64,000 nucleotides of DNA from an uncultured delta proteobacterium (GCA_963745835.1 CAVUZH010000003.1:160001-224000), one strand, 5' to 3'. Shown: positions 40,166 through 50,688, counted from the first letter of the stretch. Numbers and translations are program-made. The notes: generated from the letters alone by a model not told the origin.

Positions 40166-41023
40166 ATGGACGTGGAAGACAGCACGCGAAACAATTCAAG
40201 CCGAGAAGCCGCCACTACATTTCACCCCGAATTACAAAAAAGCACCTTGATCCACAGCCCGGGCTTTCTCGTGCTACTTCCCGGTTTGATCACGGTGATC
40301 GGTTGGGAAATTCTGGCGTGGCGCTGGCCCATCGTAGCCAAACTGGTAAGTCGCCCTAGTGATGTGACGCGGGGCATCGTTCATGTTGTTTGGACGGGCG
40401 AGATCTGGCAACACCTCGAAGCGACACTCACCGAAATGGCGGTGGGTTATTTAATCGGTGCGCTCAGTGGCGTGAGCCTGGGCTTCCTATTCGGGCGTGT
40501 GAAACTTCTGGGCGAGATTTTCAACCCGTACATTTCTCTTTTCAACGGTATACCAAAAGTCGCGTTGGCTCCGGTGTTTGTGATCTGGTTTGGTATCGGC
40601 CTGATGTCAAAGATCGCGATTATCATGACCATGGTATTCTTCGTCGTATTTATAAATACTTTCGCAGGGCTTCGATCGATTAATGAGGAGTTCGTCTCGA
40701 TTACTCGCATTATGGGCGCTTCGCGCTGGCAAGTTGTACGTGAGGTTTTTTTGCCGGCGACCCTGCCATTCATTCTTGTCGGCCTACGGGCAGGCATACC
40801 CTTTTCCGTTATCGGCGCCGTTGTCGGTGAATTCATTGCCGCAACCAAAGGACTTGGGTATTTCATCAATTATCACCAGGGCACGTTTGACACCAATGGA
40901 ATCTTTGTTGGTGTCGCCATTCTAGCGGGGCTTGTAGTCGTGCTCGATGGCCTCCTTTCGATAGTAGAGCGTCGGCTGCTTAAGTGGCGGCCTGAGGTTG
41001 AAGCAAAAAATGTCAGCGCTTAA
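40166..41023 (+). CDS. ABC transporter permease (SsuC/TauC-like)
   Basis: PKVALAP..IWFGIG, EAA-like loop, GAVVGEF. Confidence 0.93.
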   Translation: MDVEDSTRNNSSREAATTFHPELQKSTLIHSPGFLVLLPGLITVIGWEILAWRWPIVAKLVSRPSDVTRGIVHVVWTGEIWQHLEATLTEMAVGYLIGALSGVSLGFLFGRVKLLGEIFNPYISLFNGIPKVALAPVFVIWFGIGLMSKIAIIMTMVFFVVFINTFAGLRSINEEFVSITRIMGASRWQVVREVFLPATLPFILVGLRAGIPFSVIGAVVGEFIAATKGLGYFINYHQGTFDTNGIFVGVAILAGLVVVLDGLLSIVERRLLKWRPEVEAKNVSA

Positions 41024-41088
41024 TCATCTCAAAAAGCCTCTTGTTTGCCGAAGGGACTAGTCTAGCTCCAATGCGGTAATGTATTCAG

Positions 41089-41859
41089 ATGGATCCAATT
41101 ATCGAGCTTTCCAAAGTCACAAAAACCTATCGGTCCAAAGGTAAGGCGGTACTGGCTCTCAAGGATGTAAATCTTCCGGTGGAACGGGGCTCGTTTACGA
41201 CGCTAATCGGACCCAGCGGCTGCGGCAAAAGCACACTACTTAAAATCATTGCGGGTATTGCGTTGCCCTATGAAGGACGCATGCGCTACAAGGATCGGGA
41301 AATCACTTCGATCAACACCGATATTGGCTTTGTTACTCAAGACAGCAATCTCTTCCCCTGGCTGACGCTCATCCAGAACGTCGAGCTTGCACTCAAGATT
41401 CGCGGCGTTGCACGGGATCAGAGAAAAAGAACCGCGCAAAAATATATCGACACCATGCAGCTCAGCGGTTTCGAGAGCCACTACCCCTTCGAACTGTCCG
41501 GCGGAATGCAGAAACGGGGTTCGATTATCCGAACATTAATATATGATCCGGAAATCATTTTGATGGATGAACCCTTCGGCCCGCTAGACGCGCAAACGCG
41601 GATGGTCTTGCAAGACGAATTATTGCGAATTTGGGATTCAAACAAAAAAACTATTCTTTTTGTTACCCATGATTTAACCGAGGCTATCGCGCTGTCAGAT
41701 AAAGTAGTCCTGTTTACCGGCCGTCCCGGCACGGTGAAGCGAGTGTTCGATGTGCCGTTAGCGCGGCCCCGAAACGTTTTTGAAATTCACAATGAAAAAG
41801 GGTTCAATGAGATTTACCATGAGATCTGGCAATACTTCAAAAACGAAATCACCATATAA
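41089..41859 (+). CDS. ABC transporter ATP-binding protein (SsuB/TauB-like)
   Basis: GPSGCGKS, LSGGM, DEPFGPLD and VTHD motifs. Confidence 0.95.
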   Translation: MDPIIELSKVTKTYRSKGKAVLALKDVNLPVERGSFTTLIGPSGCGKSTLLKIIAGIALPYEGRMRYKDREITSINTDIGFVTQDSNLFPWLTLIQNVELALKIRGVARDQRKRTAQKYIDTMQLSGFESHYPFELSGGMQKRGSIIRTLIYDPEIILMDEPFGPLDAQTRMVLQDELLRIWDSNKKTILFVTHDLTEAIALSDKVVLFTGRPGTVKRVFDVPLARPRNVFEIHNEKGFNEIYHEIWQYFKNEITI

Positions 41860-41872
41860 AGGATAGAAAGCT

Positions 41873-42190
41873 ATGTGGTACATCGTACTCTCGCGTTCAA
41901 AGCCTGAAATGGAAGACGATAAGCAAAATCACTATGACGAGCATCGTCTCTGGCTCGAGGAACAGCATAAAAACGGCAGGTTGTTGTTTTCAGGCCCGAC
42001 CACCGATGGAGCCTATGGCATCTACATTATGCTCGCGGCAAGTCTTGACGAAGCTCGATCGATCGCGGCCCAAGACTCCCACCACCGTCGCGGAATCCGC
42101 ACTATGGAAGTGCTCGAATGGGATCCGCGCCGGGCATTCCGTATGAAGCATACTATTGCGGACGTTGAAAAAATGGCGCGAGGCGAGTAG
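41873..42190 (+). CDS. YciI family protein
   Basis: EH..WL....G.LL.SGP and A.SL.EA...A.QD.H patterns. Confidence 0.75.
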   Translation: MWYIVLSRSKPEMEDDKQNHYDEHRLWLEEQHKNGRLLFSGPTTDGAYGIYIMLAASLDEARSIAAQDSHHRRGIRTMEVLEWDPRRAFRMKHTIADVEKMARGE

Positions 42191-42399
42191 TCATCAAGCT
42201 CGCAGTGTATCGTTTCGTGCGTTATCAAGTTCGATTCTCGTAAATCGCTGCTATAGGTCGAGACCGTTAGCGCCGGTTATTTCAGGCCTAACTGAGTGAT
42301 GTCTTTTTTCCGTTGACAGCAGGCATGGGCGGGCGGATATTTCATGTCGTCCCCGTGGCTGGTGGATTTTTGTAGTAACGAGTAGCGAAAGGAGAATCT

Positions 42400-43815
42400 A
42401 TGCACGATCTCAGAAGTTTCATTGCGTCGGCCGAAAAGTCCGCAGAATTGTTGCGCGTTGACCGCGAGACCGATCCGTTGACCGAAATGGGGGTGCTCTT
42501 CGGCGAGACCGAGCAGCCGCTGATCTTTGAGAATGTGCGCGGATATCCGGGCTGGCAGGTCTGCGGAGAGTTGGTAACTAGTCGCGCGGCCCAGGCGTTG
42601 GCGTTTCAGGTCGAACGCTCTCAGGTCGTGCCCGAACTAGCGCGAAGAATGCAATCGGCCGCTTTGCCGGGTCGAAACGTGAATACGGGACCTGTTAAGG
42701 AGCGAATTCTGACCGGCCACGATGTGGATTTACGCAAACTCCCGGTCGTCGTGCATTCCCAAGAGGATGGCGGTCCTTATATCGGCTCGGCGATGTGCGT
42801 AACAAAGGATCCGGACACCGGCATCCAAAACGTCGCGATGCTGCGGATGCAAATTCAGGATCGCAACCGCACCGGCACGGCCTTCGCCCCGAGGCATTCC
42901 TGGATGCATTACCAGAAATATGAAGCGAGAAACGAACCTATGCCGATGGCCGCCGTCATCGGACATCACCCCATACTCGATCTCGCAACAAACAGCAGCG
43001 TGCCTTACGGTGTCGATGAATTTCAAGTGGCCGGCTCACTACTTCAGGAGCCGCTTGAAATGGTACGTTGCGAAACCGTCGACCTCATGGTGCCGGCGCA
43101 CGCCGAAATCGTAATCGAAGGTTTGATACCTCCGGGCATCCGCGAAGACGAGGGTCCTTTCGGAGAGTTTCAATGCTACTACCTGACCCGAACACGCAAG
43201 TGCCCCATCTTCGACGTCAAAGCCATCACGATGCGGCGCGACGCGCTCTACCGACACATCCAGGCTACACCTTCCACCGTCGAGCATCAGGCTTTGGTCG
43301 CCGTGCCGATGGAGGCCCATCTCTGGCAGCGCATCAAGGATGTTGATGGATACATTGATTTGAAAGATGTTCATGTTCCTCCCTGGGGCGCCTGCTTTGT
43401 GGTGCTGGTCAAATTCACGCCTCGTCTGGAGGAACAGGCCAAGAGCGTTTTGATGGCGGCGCTTTCCAGCTCCTACGCCCATCCAAAAATTGCCATAGCG
43501 CTCGACGACGACATCGATCTAACCGATCCGCGTGATGTCTTCTGGGCGGTCGCGACACGAGTGGATCCGGCGCGTGATCTGCTGCAAATCCCGTATGCGC
43601 GGATGCATTCTCTCGATCCCTCGGGAAAACTGGTGACCGCGCCGGGAGCAGGGCATCAAAGGGTCGGGGGAAAGTTAGGCATCGATGCCACCAAGCCGCC
43701 CACATGCCGGCCGAAGGACCGATATGACTGGGAGCGCGTTCTGCCTATGGGCCACGGCAACATCAGCCTTCAGGAAGTGCTGGGCGCTCTTGGGTCCAAA
43801 GGAGCGTTGCGATGA
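42400..43815 (+). CDS. UbiD family decarboxylase
   Basis: DGGPY, EGPFGEF, DDDID, WAVATR and GIDATKP motifs. Confidence 0.93.
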   Translation: MHDLRSFIASAEKSAELLRVDRETDPLTEMGVLFGETEQPLIFENVRGYPGWQVCGELVTSRAAQALAFQVERSQVVPELARRMQSAALPGRNVNTGPVKERILTGHDVDLRKLPVVVHSQEDGGPYIGSAMCVTKDPDTGIQNVAMLRMQIQDRNRTGTAFAPRHSWMHYQKYEARNEPMPMAAVIGHHPILDLATNSSVPYGVDEFQVAGSLLQEPLEMVRCETVDLMVPAHAEIVIEGLIPPGIREDEGPFGEFQCYYLTRTRKCPIFDVKAITMRRDALYRHIQATPSTVEHQALVAVPMEAHLWQRIKDVDGYIDLKDVHVPPWGACFVVLVKFTPRLEEQAKSVLMAALSSSYAHPKIAIALDDDIDLTDPRDVFWAVATRVDPARDLLQIPYARMHSLDPSGKLVTAPGAGHQRVGGKLGIDATKPPTCRPKDRYDWERVLPMGHGNISLQEVLGALGSKGALR

Positions 43816-44777
43816 AGAAGTTAGCTCGGGTTTTTCTAGTGGCGCTCTTTTTCGGCGGCGCCTCGGCCCATGCCATCGCGCGAGATTTTGTAGTCGGATT
43901 CAGCGTGCTTTCAGCCAGCGCGGCTCAGCTTTGGGTCGCCCACGACGCGGGCATCTTTAATAAGCACGGCTTGAACGTAAAACCGATCTTTGTACAGGGC
44001 GGAACTCGGACCACGCAGGCTTTGTTGGCGGGCGATCTTGACGTCGCCTACGTGGCGCCTCCGGGAATTATTAGTGCGGTTGCTGGTGGGGCTCAACTCG
44101 TGTTTGTAACAGGGATATACCGAACGCTTCCGTATATGATCTATGGAGCTACCGGGATCAGCACGCCTGCGCAGCTTCGTGGTAAGCGCGTGGGGATCAC
44201 GACGTTCGGTGACTTGTCTGATTTTGGCACGCGCTTCGGACTCAGGGCGATCGGGTTGGACCCTGATAAGGACGTAAGCCTGGTTCAGATGGGCGGACAG
44301 CCCATCCGGATGGCAGCGTTACAGTCCGGTGCGGTGGCCGCCACGATTCTCAATCCGCCCTATACCTTTCATGCGCGGAAGCTGGGTCTTCCGTTGCTCA
44401 TCGACCTGATCGGCAAGGTTGAATTTGCCAGCACCTCGCACGCGATCCGGAGAGTCGACCTGGAACGGCGGCGCGAAGAAATGCAGCGCTTTGTCGATGC
44501 CGTGGTGGAAGGGAATCGCTACTTCATGACGCATAAGTCGGAGAGCGTAAAATCCATGGCGCGCTACCTGCGCACGTCGGATATTACTTCGCTCGAAGAG
44601 AGCTATGATATCTACGCCAAGCGCATCATGTCGGACACGCCGGTGCCTTCTCAGTCTGCCTTTCGTGCTGCCATCGAGTATGTGGCCCGCGATTTTCCGT
44701 CGGCGGCGAAACTTCGGCCTGAAGACGTCTACGATACGTCTCTGGTGCAGTCGGCAGTGGCGCGCTTGGGGCGATAA
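43812..44777 (+). CDS. ABC transporter substrate-binding protein (SsuA/NMT1-like)
   Basis: Signal peptide; LRGKRVGITTFG motif; ATGA overlap with UbiD. Confidence 0.88.
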   Translation: MKKLARVFLVALFFGGASAHAIARDFVVGFSVLSASAAQLWVAHDAGIFNKHGLNVKPIFVQGGTRTTQALLAGDLDVAYVAPPGIISAVAGGAQLVFVTGIYRTLPYMIYGATGISTPAQLRGKRVGITTFGDLSDFGTRFGLRAIGLDPDKDVSLVQMGGQPIRMAALQSGAVAATILNPPYTFHARKLGLPLLIDLIGKVEFASTSHAIRRVDLERRREEMQRFVDAVVEGNRYFMTHKSESVKSMARYLRTSDITSLEESYDIYAKRIMSDTPVPSQSAFRAAIEYVARDFPSAAKLRPEDVYDTSLVQSAVARLGR

Positions 44778-45419
44778 TCGCGATAGCCGATTTATCGAGT
44801 AATCGAAGCGTACACTAAGAAGCTCAGCATCTGTTAGTTTGACCCGAGCGATTATCAATCGGTGTGTAAAAGGAATTTTGGTCGGTGGCCATTCCTGTTC
44901 GGATTACGTCCCGAAATTACATTTTGGCGTCCCAGCTGGGGTGCATCAGGTTTTCGAAAAAACTCAGCTCCCCCATCATGGTCTTTCGGATCAGGCGGAT
45001 GGCACCGACCTAGAATGTAAGCCGCTCGATGCGGGCGCCTCAGCCGATACTCGAGAGGAAGGCCACTCCAGCACGTACGATGTCGGCTAGTGTGTCGAGT
45101 GTTCGCTGCGAAATCATAGCGCGTCGTCAGCCGCTTTTAGTTCTCCACCACTGTTTTGACCACAATGTCTAGGGTTGTGCCGCAATGCTTGATCGGAAAA
45201 CCTTCGCACTTTTAACGCCTCTGCCCGACTGTACGCATCCATCATTGTGACAATGACTTTTGCGTGCGGACCTGCTCCATTTTTTCCACTGCAGCAACGA
45301 CGTTGAGCATGTCGTGATTCCGTTAAAGCAGCAATCGATTCACCGAAGAGGACATTGGGAGTTGCGATTTGACACACCATTTTGAGCTGTCCTATAGAAC
45401 GAATTTTATCATTCTGTTC

Positions 45420-46331
45420 TTATCTCCGCCACGGCCAAAAGGAACGTCTGCGCGCAGCTTCCACCTTCGTGTTAGGAGACTCCGTGACATCTTCAGGATT
45501 GGGTTCCGGAAGGCCGTCGCCGTTAAAACGCGCAACAATCACGGTGATGTTGTCCTCGCCGCCTCTTTCTCGGGCCATTCTCACGAGTCCCTGACAGGCC
45601 GCTTTTGGTTCAAACTTTTCTAAATACTCTTTGATCTCCTCGGCATCAACTTTCCCTGAGAGACCATCACTGCATAATACAATCTGGTCGCCCCTCCTTA
45701 GTTCCGTGAATGTAATCGCTACATCAACCTCGCTCTGTATTCCTAAAGCCTGCAGGATAACGTTTCGTTTGGGATGAGTTTTAGCCTCCTCCGGAGTTAA
45801 CGAACCAGAGGCGACCATCTGAGCTACAAGACTTTGATCTTTGGTCATTTGAGAGATAACTCCCTTACGCGCCAAGTAGGCCCGGCTGTCTCCAAGCTGT
45901 GCAAATAAAATGGTGCCGCCGAGAACTGTCGCGGCGGTGAGCGTTGTGCCCATGCCGTTTAGCTCAGTGTTTTTCTGTCCTTGCTGAAAGATAAGTTCGT
46001 TTGCCTCTCGAATAGTTTCGGTTAGCGCGGTAATCAACGATTGCTGGTCCAGGACGGTTTGTTTTCCCAGAGCATCGATAAAGTTTCGTCCAACCGTTTC
46101 GACTGCCATCCGGCTTGCCACTTCTCCTGCTTGAGCTCCACCCATGCCATCTGCAACAATGAACATGGTTCCATTCTGGGGGATGATGCCGTTTAACTCA
46201 GCGGGATTCTGGTTGGCAAAGTCGCTGGTCGGACTTGCGATCAGAAAGCTGTCTTCATTGTTGGTACGGACCAAGCCGACATCGCTCAATCCATAGCTAT
46301 CTACTACGACGGCTAAGCTTGAGTTGCTCAT
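45420..46331 (-). CDS. PP2C-family Ser/Thr phosphatase (PppA/Stp1-like)
   Basis: RTNNED, VADGMGG, GDSRAY, CSDGL and GGEDNIT motifs. Confidence 0.95.
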   Translation of the reverse strand: MSNSSLAVVVDSYGLSDVGLVRTNNEDSFLIASPTSDFANQNPAELNGIIPQNGTMFIVADGMGGAQAGEVASRMAVETVGRNFIDALGKQTVLDQQSLITALTETIREANELIFQQGQKNTELNGMGTTLTAATVLGGTILFAQLGDSRAYLARKGVISQMTKDQSLVAQMVASGSLTPEEAKTHPKRNVILQALGIQSEVDVAITFTELRRGDQIVLCSDGLSGKVDAEEIKEYLEKFEPKAACQGLVRMARERGGEDNITVIVARFNGDGLPEPNPEDVTESPNTKVEAARRRSFWPWRR

Positions 46332-47536
46332 TTTCTTACGGTGATCTCCACGCGGCGATTTTGACTCCGCCCTTGTTCAGTTTCATTGGTAGCCAGGGGT
46401 TTCGTGCTGCCAAGCCCATGAGCGGAAATTTGAGCACTGCGAAAACCGGAGCGGGTAAACGCCTCGGCCACAGTGCGCGCGCGGTCTTCAGATAATTTAC
46501 GATTACGCGGTTCGTCTGCCTCTCTTTCCCTGCTGGCATGGCCCTCTATTCTAACGACTTTGTCAGGCGCATAGCGCTTCACCGTCATAACGATATCATC
46601 GATCTGTGCACGAGCCTGGGCGTTCAACTGCGCGTTGCCGGCGGTAAAAAGTAGTGTATCGAGGGTAATCAGAACACCTTCCGGTTGCTCAACAGCGCGC
46701 ACGCCCCTGCGCCTCAGCTCTTCAACTAGCGAACCGGACCAAGGCTTTTTGATTGCTGCGGGTGCCGGGGGAGCCTGTTCGACTCTGGCGATTTTGGCGA
46801 TCAACTGATCGGCTTGATACCTGAGGAGAACGAAATACGCGATGAACAAGACGACCGGCGTGCTTAGGGCCACGACATACCAAAAGAATTTCGCGCGATC
46901 AGGTGCCCGCGCCGCAGTGACGGCTTTCTGATACGCCTCTGGAAATAGCAGGCCATAGTTGCGGCGAATGTCGCCTTGCTTTCCGGATAGTTGATTGTAG
47001 AGCGCTTGCTTTAACTTCTTAACTTCAGACGGTCCGTCGCCAAAAGCATATTGTCCCAGAAAGCCGAGGCTCAAGCACAAGTAATAGATTTCGCGCACGT
47101 CATTGGCATGCGGCGGAAGGTTCTGTAAACGGGCGAAAAATTCTTCGCCGGCGTTAAAGGTTTTGTAATAACTTAACATCAGATGCTGCCAACGGGTCCG
47201 GTGGGGCCATGCCGAAGTCAGAATCATTTCATCGACCCAAGAAAAAACGGCGAAACGTGCTTCGCGGAAATTGTCTGCGGAAATTCCCGCTGTTTTGACT
47301 CGCTCCTCTTGGGCGGTTGCGAGCGCGAGAATCTTCTCACGCAGCTCATTTTGATCCGGCGGTTGTTTGTCACAGGAGGACTTGAAAAAGATTACGAAAG
47401 CAATGAGATCCGTAAAGATCTCGCGCAGCGGATTGGTGCCTCCGGCCGACGCAACCGGCGGCACGCTGGCGCGGCCGATTCGAGTAATACTGGCGATTCC
47501 CTTGTGAATCCAGGTTGAGGATTGTTGCTCTCCCAT
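46328..47536 (-). CDS. tssL: T6SS TssL/DotU with C-terminal OmpA peptidoglycan-binding domain
   Basis: AGEEFF.RL and YYLCLSLGFLGQY motifs, one TM, OmpA domain (LSEDRA, NRRVEI). Confidence 0.92.
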   Translation of the reverse strand: MGEQQSSTWIHKGIASITRIGRASVPPVASAGGTNPLREIFTDLIAFVIFFKSSCDKQPPDQNELREKILALATAQEERVKTAGISADNFREARFAVFSWVDEMILTSAWPHRTRWQHLMLSYYKTFNAGEEFFARLQNLPPHANDVREIYYLCLSLGFLGQYAFGDGPSEVKKLKQALYNQLSGKQGDIRRNYGLLFPEAYQKAVTAARAPDRAKFFWYVVALSTPVVLFIAYFVLLRYQADQLIAKIARVEQAPPAPAAIKKPWSGSLVEELRRRGVRAVEQPEGVLITLDTLLFTAGNAQLNAQARAQIDDIVMTVKRYAPDKVVRIEGHASREREADEPRNRKLSEDRARTVAEAFTRSGFRSAQISAHGLGSTKPLATNETEQGRSQNRRVEITVRK

Positions 47537-47640
47537 GTAACTTCAGCTAGCCAGACGCAAAGCTCTTCTCAAACGACTTTGCGTAAAATTCTTCAGTCTT
47601 CGTGTGTCCGGTTAATTGATCGCTGCAGATGAACTTACGA

Positions 47641-48435
47641 TCAAGCGAATTCAACGTTTCTGATTTCCAGTAGCGAGCGTTCGTCTCCATCAATCAGAAA
47701 GGTCCGCTGACCTTTGCCGAGATTGGTTTCTTCCCCGACATTCTCCCAAACTGTCATTCGTCCGAGTTTAACGGGATCTTCAGCATGATCACTCGAACCG
47801 TAATATTGTACGGGTATGAAAACATCAATTGTTTGTTGCTCGCGCAGTTCAAGCTTGCCCGGAATCCAAAGAAGGTCTCTTAGAGTTCGCGGCGGCCGAA
47901 TCTCGAGCCGGACAATATCTTCGAGCGCCAGCCACAGATAATCAGCTCGGATGATGACCTCCAAAAAAGGAGCTATGAGATCGTCGCCATCCTTGAAATC
48001 GTCGAAATGGGTCTCATCAATTTGACCGCCTAAGCTCTTCCTGAGATCACTGCTCTCTTTAAGCGAACTTTCCGCTTCATCGAAGTGCTGCTGAATTATC
48101 TCCGTAAGCGCTTTCAGATGTAACGCCGTATAGGGTGGCGGTTCAGACAAAAACTTTGGTTGGCGGCTCTGCCCTTGAAATAGTTGACGACGGCTAGCTT
48201 CCGCCCGGAGAATACCCCGATAAATTTCTATGCCAAGTTCGACCGTAGCATCGCCACTAACCTGAGCCACAGCATCGAGCTGGCGTTCAGCTCGCTGGAA
48301 ATCACCCATGAAACACAATAATTCAAAAAGGAAGATTCGGTTACGCAGGTCGAGCGGATTCGCCTTAACATCTGCGGTGAGTTGGCTGATGGCTCCCTGC
48401 AGATCGCCGTTGTCGAAGAGCTGCTTTGCATCCAT
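47641..48435 (-). CDS. tagJ: T6SS accessory TagJ/ImpE/SciE
   Basis: VKANP...R.FLFELLC..GD..RA..QL, LRDLLW.P and LGR.T.W motifs. Confidence 0.9.
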   Translation of the reverse strand: MDAKQLFDNGDLQGAISQLTADVKANPLDLRNRIFLFELLCFMGDFQRAERQLDAVAQVSGDATVELGIEIYRGILRAEASRRQLFQGQSRQPKFLSEPPPYTALHLKALTEIIQQHFDEAESSLKESSDLRKSLGGQIDETHFDDFKDGDDLIAPFLEVIIRADYLWLALEDIVRLEIRPPRTLRDLLWIPGKLELREQQTIDVFIPVQYYGSSDHAEDPVKLGRMTVWENVGEETNLGKGQRTFLIDGDERSLLEIRNVEFA

Positions 48436-48553
48436 AATTGGTTAACCTCCAAGCTCTCTGTATCTTGAAGCGTTTGACTCCTATATCGTCTTAGGACTCC
48501 ATCATGGATTTCATTACGTGCGGTCGCAGCAATTGGGATCGAGCTGCTTAGGC

Positions 48554-50688
48554 TCAAGGCTTTTTAGAGTTGAGTTCTTTTTCAGCCTCCCAGGCTTTCA
48601 TTACTCTGATCCGGAGAGATCGCGCCTCCTTACTCTCCGGAGCTAACCTGAGCGCATGCTCGAGCTCAATCATGGCTTCACTGTACTTCCCTTGTTCCCA
48701 AAAAATCGTCGCGGTTCTCAAATTTTCTCTGATATCAGGCGCCCTGGGTTTCTCTATTTGTGGTTTTTGCCGAGGCTCGGCGGGAAGCTCGGGCTCAATG
48801 CTTATCGGATCTTTTACGATAACACTTATCGCCGGGCTCGCGACTCCTTCGTAACTCGCATTCAATTTCACCTGACCACTGCGATGAGCCGTGACCCGGC
48901 CTCTAGAATCAATGGAGGCGATCCGCTCGTCGCTGCTTTGCCAGAGAACTCCATCATTGATGTCGATCTCTTTGCCATCTGAGTACTGCCCTTTTGCCCT
49001 CAGAACAATGCGCTCATTGGCTTGCAGCTCGCGCTTGACTGAAATAACCACAAGCGAGCGAAGACTCGGCGTAGGCGCAGGCACCCGAGTTGGAGTCGGG
49101 TCGTTTGGCTTGTCCGTTTTCACTACAACCGTCACCGGCGGGCTGACTTGTTCTTTGAGCTCGGCGCTAAGCTCCGCTATGCCTTCGTTTTGAGCTTCTG
49201 CCTGGCCTTCGGAAGTTGATGCTAACGACCGAACTATTGCTGCTGTGCCATTTCAATCCGCTTGAGATCTGCTTGCTCGCTTCCGTCGGAGAATCTTCCG
49301 GTAGCAGTAAGGGTCAAGCGTTCTTTAGGAGCGAGATTTCTCCGATCAGAAGTCACGTAGAGAGAGAGCAGTTCAGGTGCAGGGGGAGAAATGGAAGAAG
49401 TTTCTGTAGGAGCAAACGACCGGCTAATAAGCGCCGGGCCGTTGTTCAAGTAAAAGACGGTTCCGAGTACTCCTGCTAATGCCAAAAGGGAGAGTATAAC
49501 AATCGATCGGCGGTAGGTGGAGGCGCGAGGCTTAGGCTGATCGAAGTCGTCGAGTGATATTGCCTGAGTAGGAGCCCACTGCGGGCCGGCTGACTCAAGT
49601 AGTGTTCTTGCATTGGTGGGCTCTATAGGGAGCGGCTCTGGCGGCGGTTCAAATCTTTCAGGCCGCGTTTCGTCTGCCTTCCTAAATGCTTGACCTATCC
49701 GGTCCCATCCCGATCCCGGCTCTTTAACTCTTATACCCGGCTTGCCTCTTAACTGTTCTTCCGCCTTGCGCAATTGCTGGACAACCTCAGCCATGTTGGT
49801 CTGTCGCTTGTGCGGCTCCTTCTCCAAAGCCTGCATGACCGGCCGCTCGACGGCTGCTGGTAGTTCGCGCCGTAGCTTGCGCAGTGGCACCGGCATCTCC
49901 TGCATGTGCTTGATTAACACCGCGCCGGGAGTTGCGGCTGTAAAAGGCACACTGCCACTGAGCATCTCATAAAGAACTACGCCCAAGGCATAGGTGTCCG
50001 TCTTATCACTGACTTCTCCCCCGTCTACCTGTTCGGGCGCCATGTAAGCCGGCGTGCCGACGATCAAACCTGCGCGAGTTATCTGGCTGGCATTCCCGGG
50101 ATCCCGAAGTCTCGCGATACCGAAGTCCATCAGCTTGATCTCTTCCGAAGCGTCTGCTCCAGCAACCATGATGTTGTCCGGCTTGATGTCTCGGTGAATC
50201 ACGCCGGCACGGTGCGCTGCCTCTAATCCGTCGGCGATCTGCAGGCCGAGCCGAGTCGCCCGACCTATCTCTAGAGGACCGTCGCGCCGAATCACATCGC
50301 TGAGCTTCTGACCGCTCAAGTACTCCATGACAATAAACAGCGTGCCATCGTTCGCTTGATCAAAATCATAGAGGATCACGATATTGCGGTGATTCAATGA
50401 AGCTGCGAGCCGCGCCTCGCGACGAAATCGGCTGATAAATGCATCGTCGCTCGCATAATTGCCTAGCAAGAACTTTATCGCGACCTTGCGACCGACGCTG
50501 ACCTGCTCCGCCAGGTAAACGGTTCCCATCCCTCCTTCGCCCAGTTTGCTAAGCACCTGATAGCGGCCTCTGATGACATTGCCTAGGTAAGGATCCTTCT
50601 TTCCGCTAATCCGAAGGATGGCTCCGTCCACTTCGCAGAACTCTGTTTCGTCCCCATAATTCTTACCGCACAACGGACAGTACTTCAT
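48554..50688 (-). CDS. Membrane Ser/Thr kinase (Zn-ribbon, kinase, TM, two Ig-like domains, TPR-like end), with two +1 frameshifts near 49270 and 49217
   Basis: GEGGMG, HRDIKPDN, DFG and YMAPE motifs. The Ig-like reading (GLKWHSSNSSVVSI / TSEGQAEAQ) continues across the shifts into ORF 48554-49135. Span is 2135 nt = 3n+2. Confidence 0.85.

Noticed and set aside
42313-42343. TTGACA upstream of the second UbiD (also at 25242 before DUF3891 copy 1)
   Set aside because: No convincing -10 hexamer at 16-18 nt spacing
476-44858. Numerous minus-strand and alternate-frame ORFs overlapping the catabolic genes
   Set aside because: Shadow ORFs of well-supported + strand genes, with no motifs
44900-44990. 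c-di-GMP-I riboswitch-like GGGACGC.AAA on the - strand
   Set aside because: Lacks the GGCAAAC/GAAA P2 architecture and has no downstream gene in that orientation
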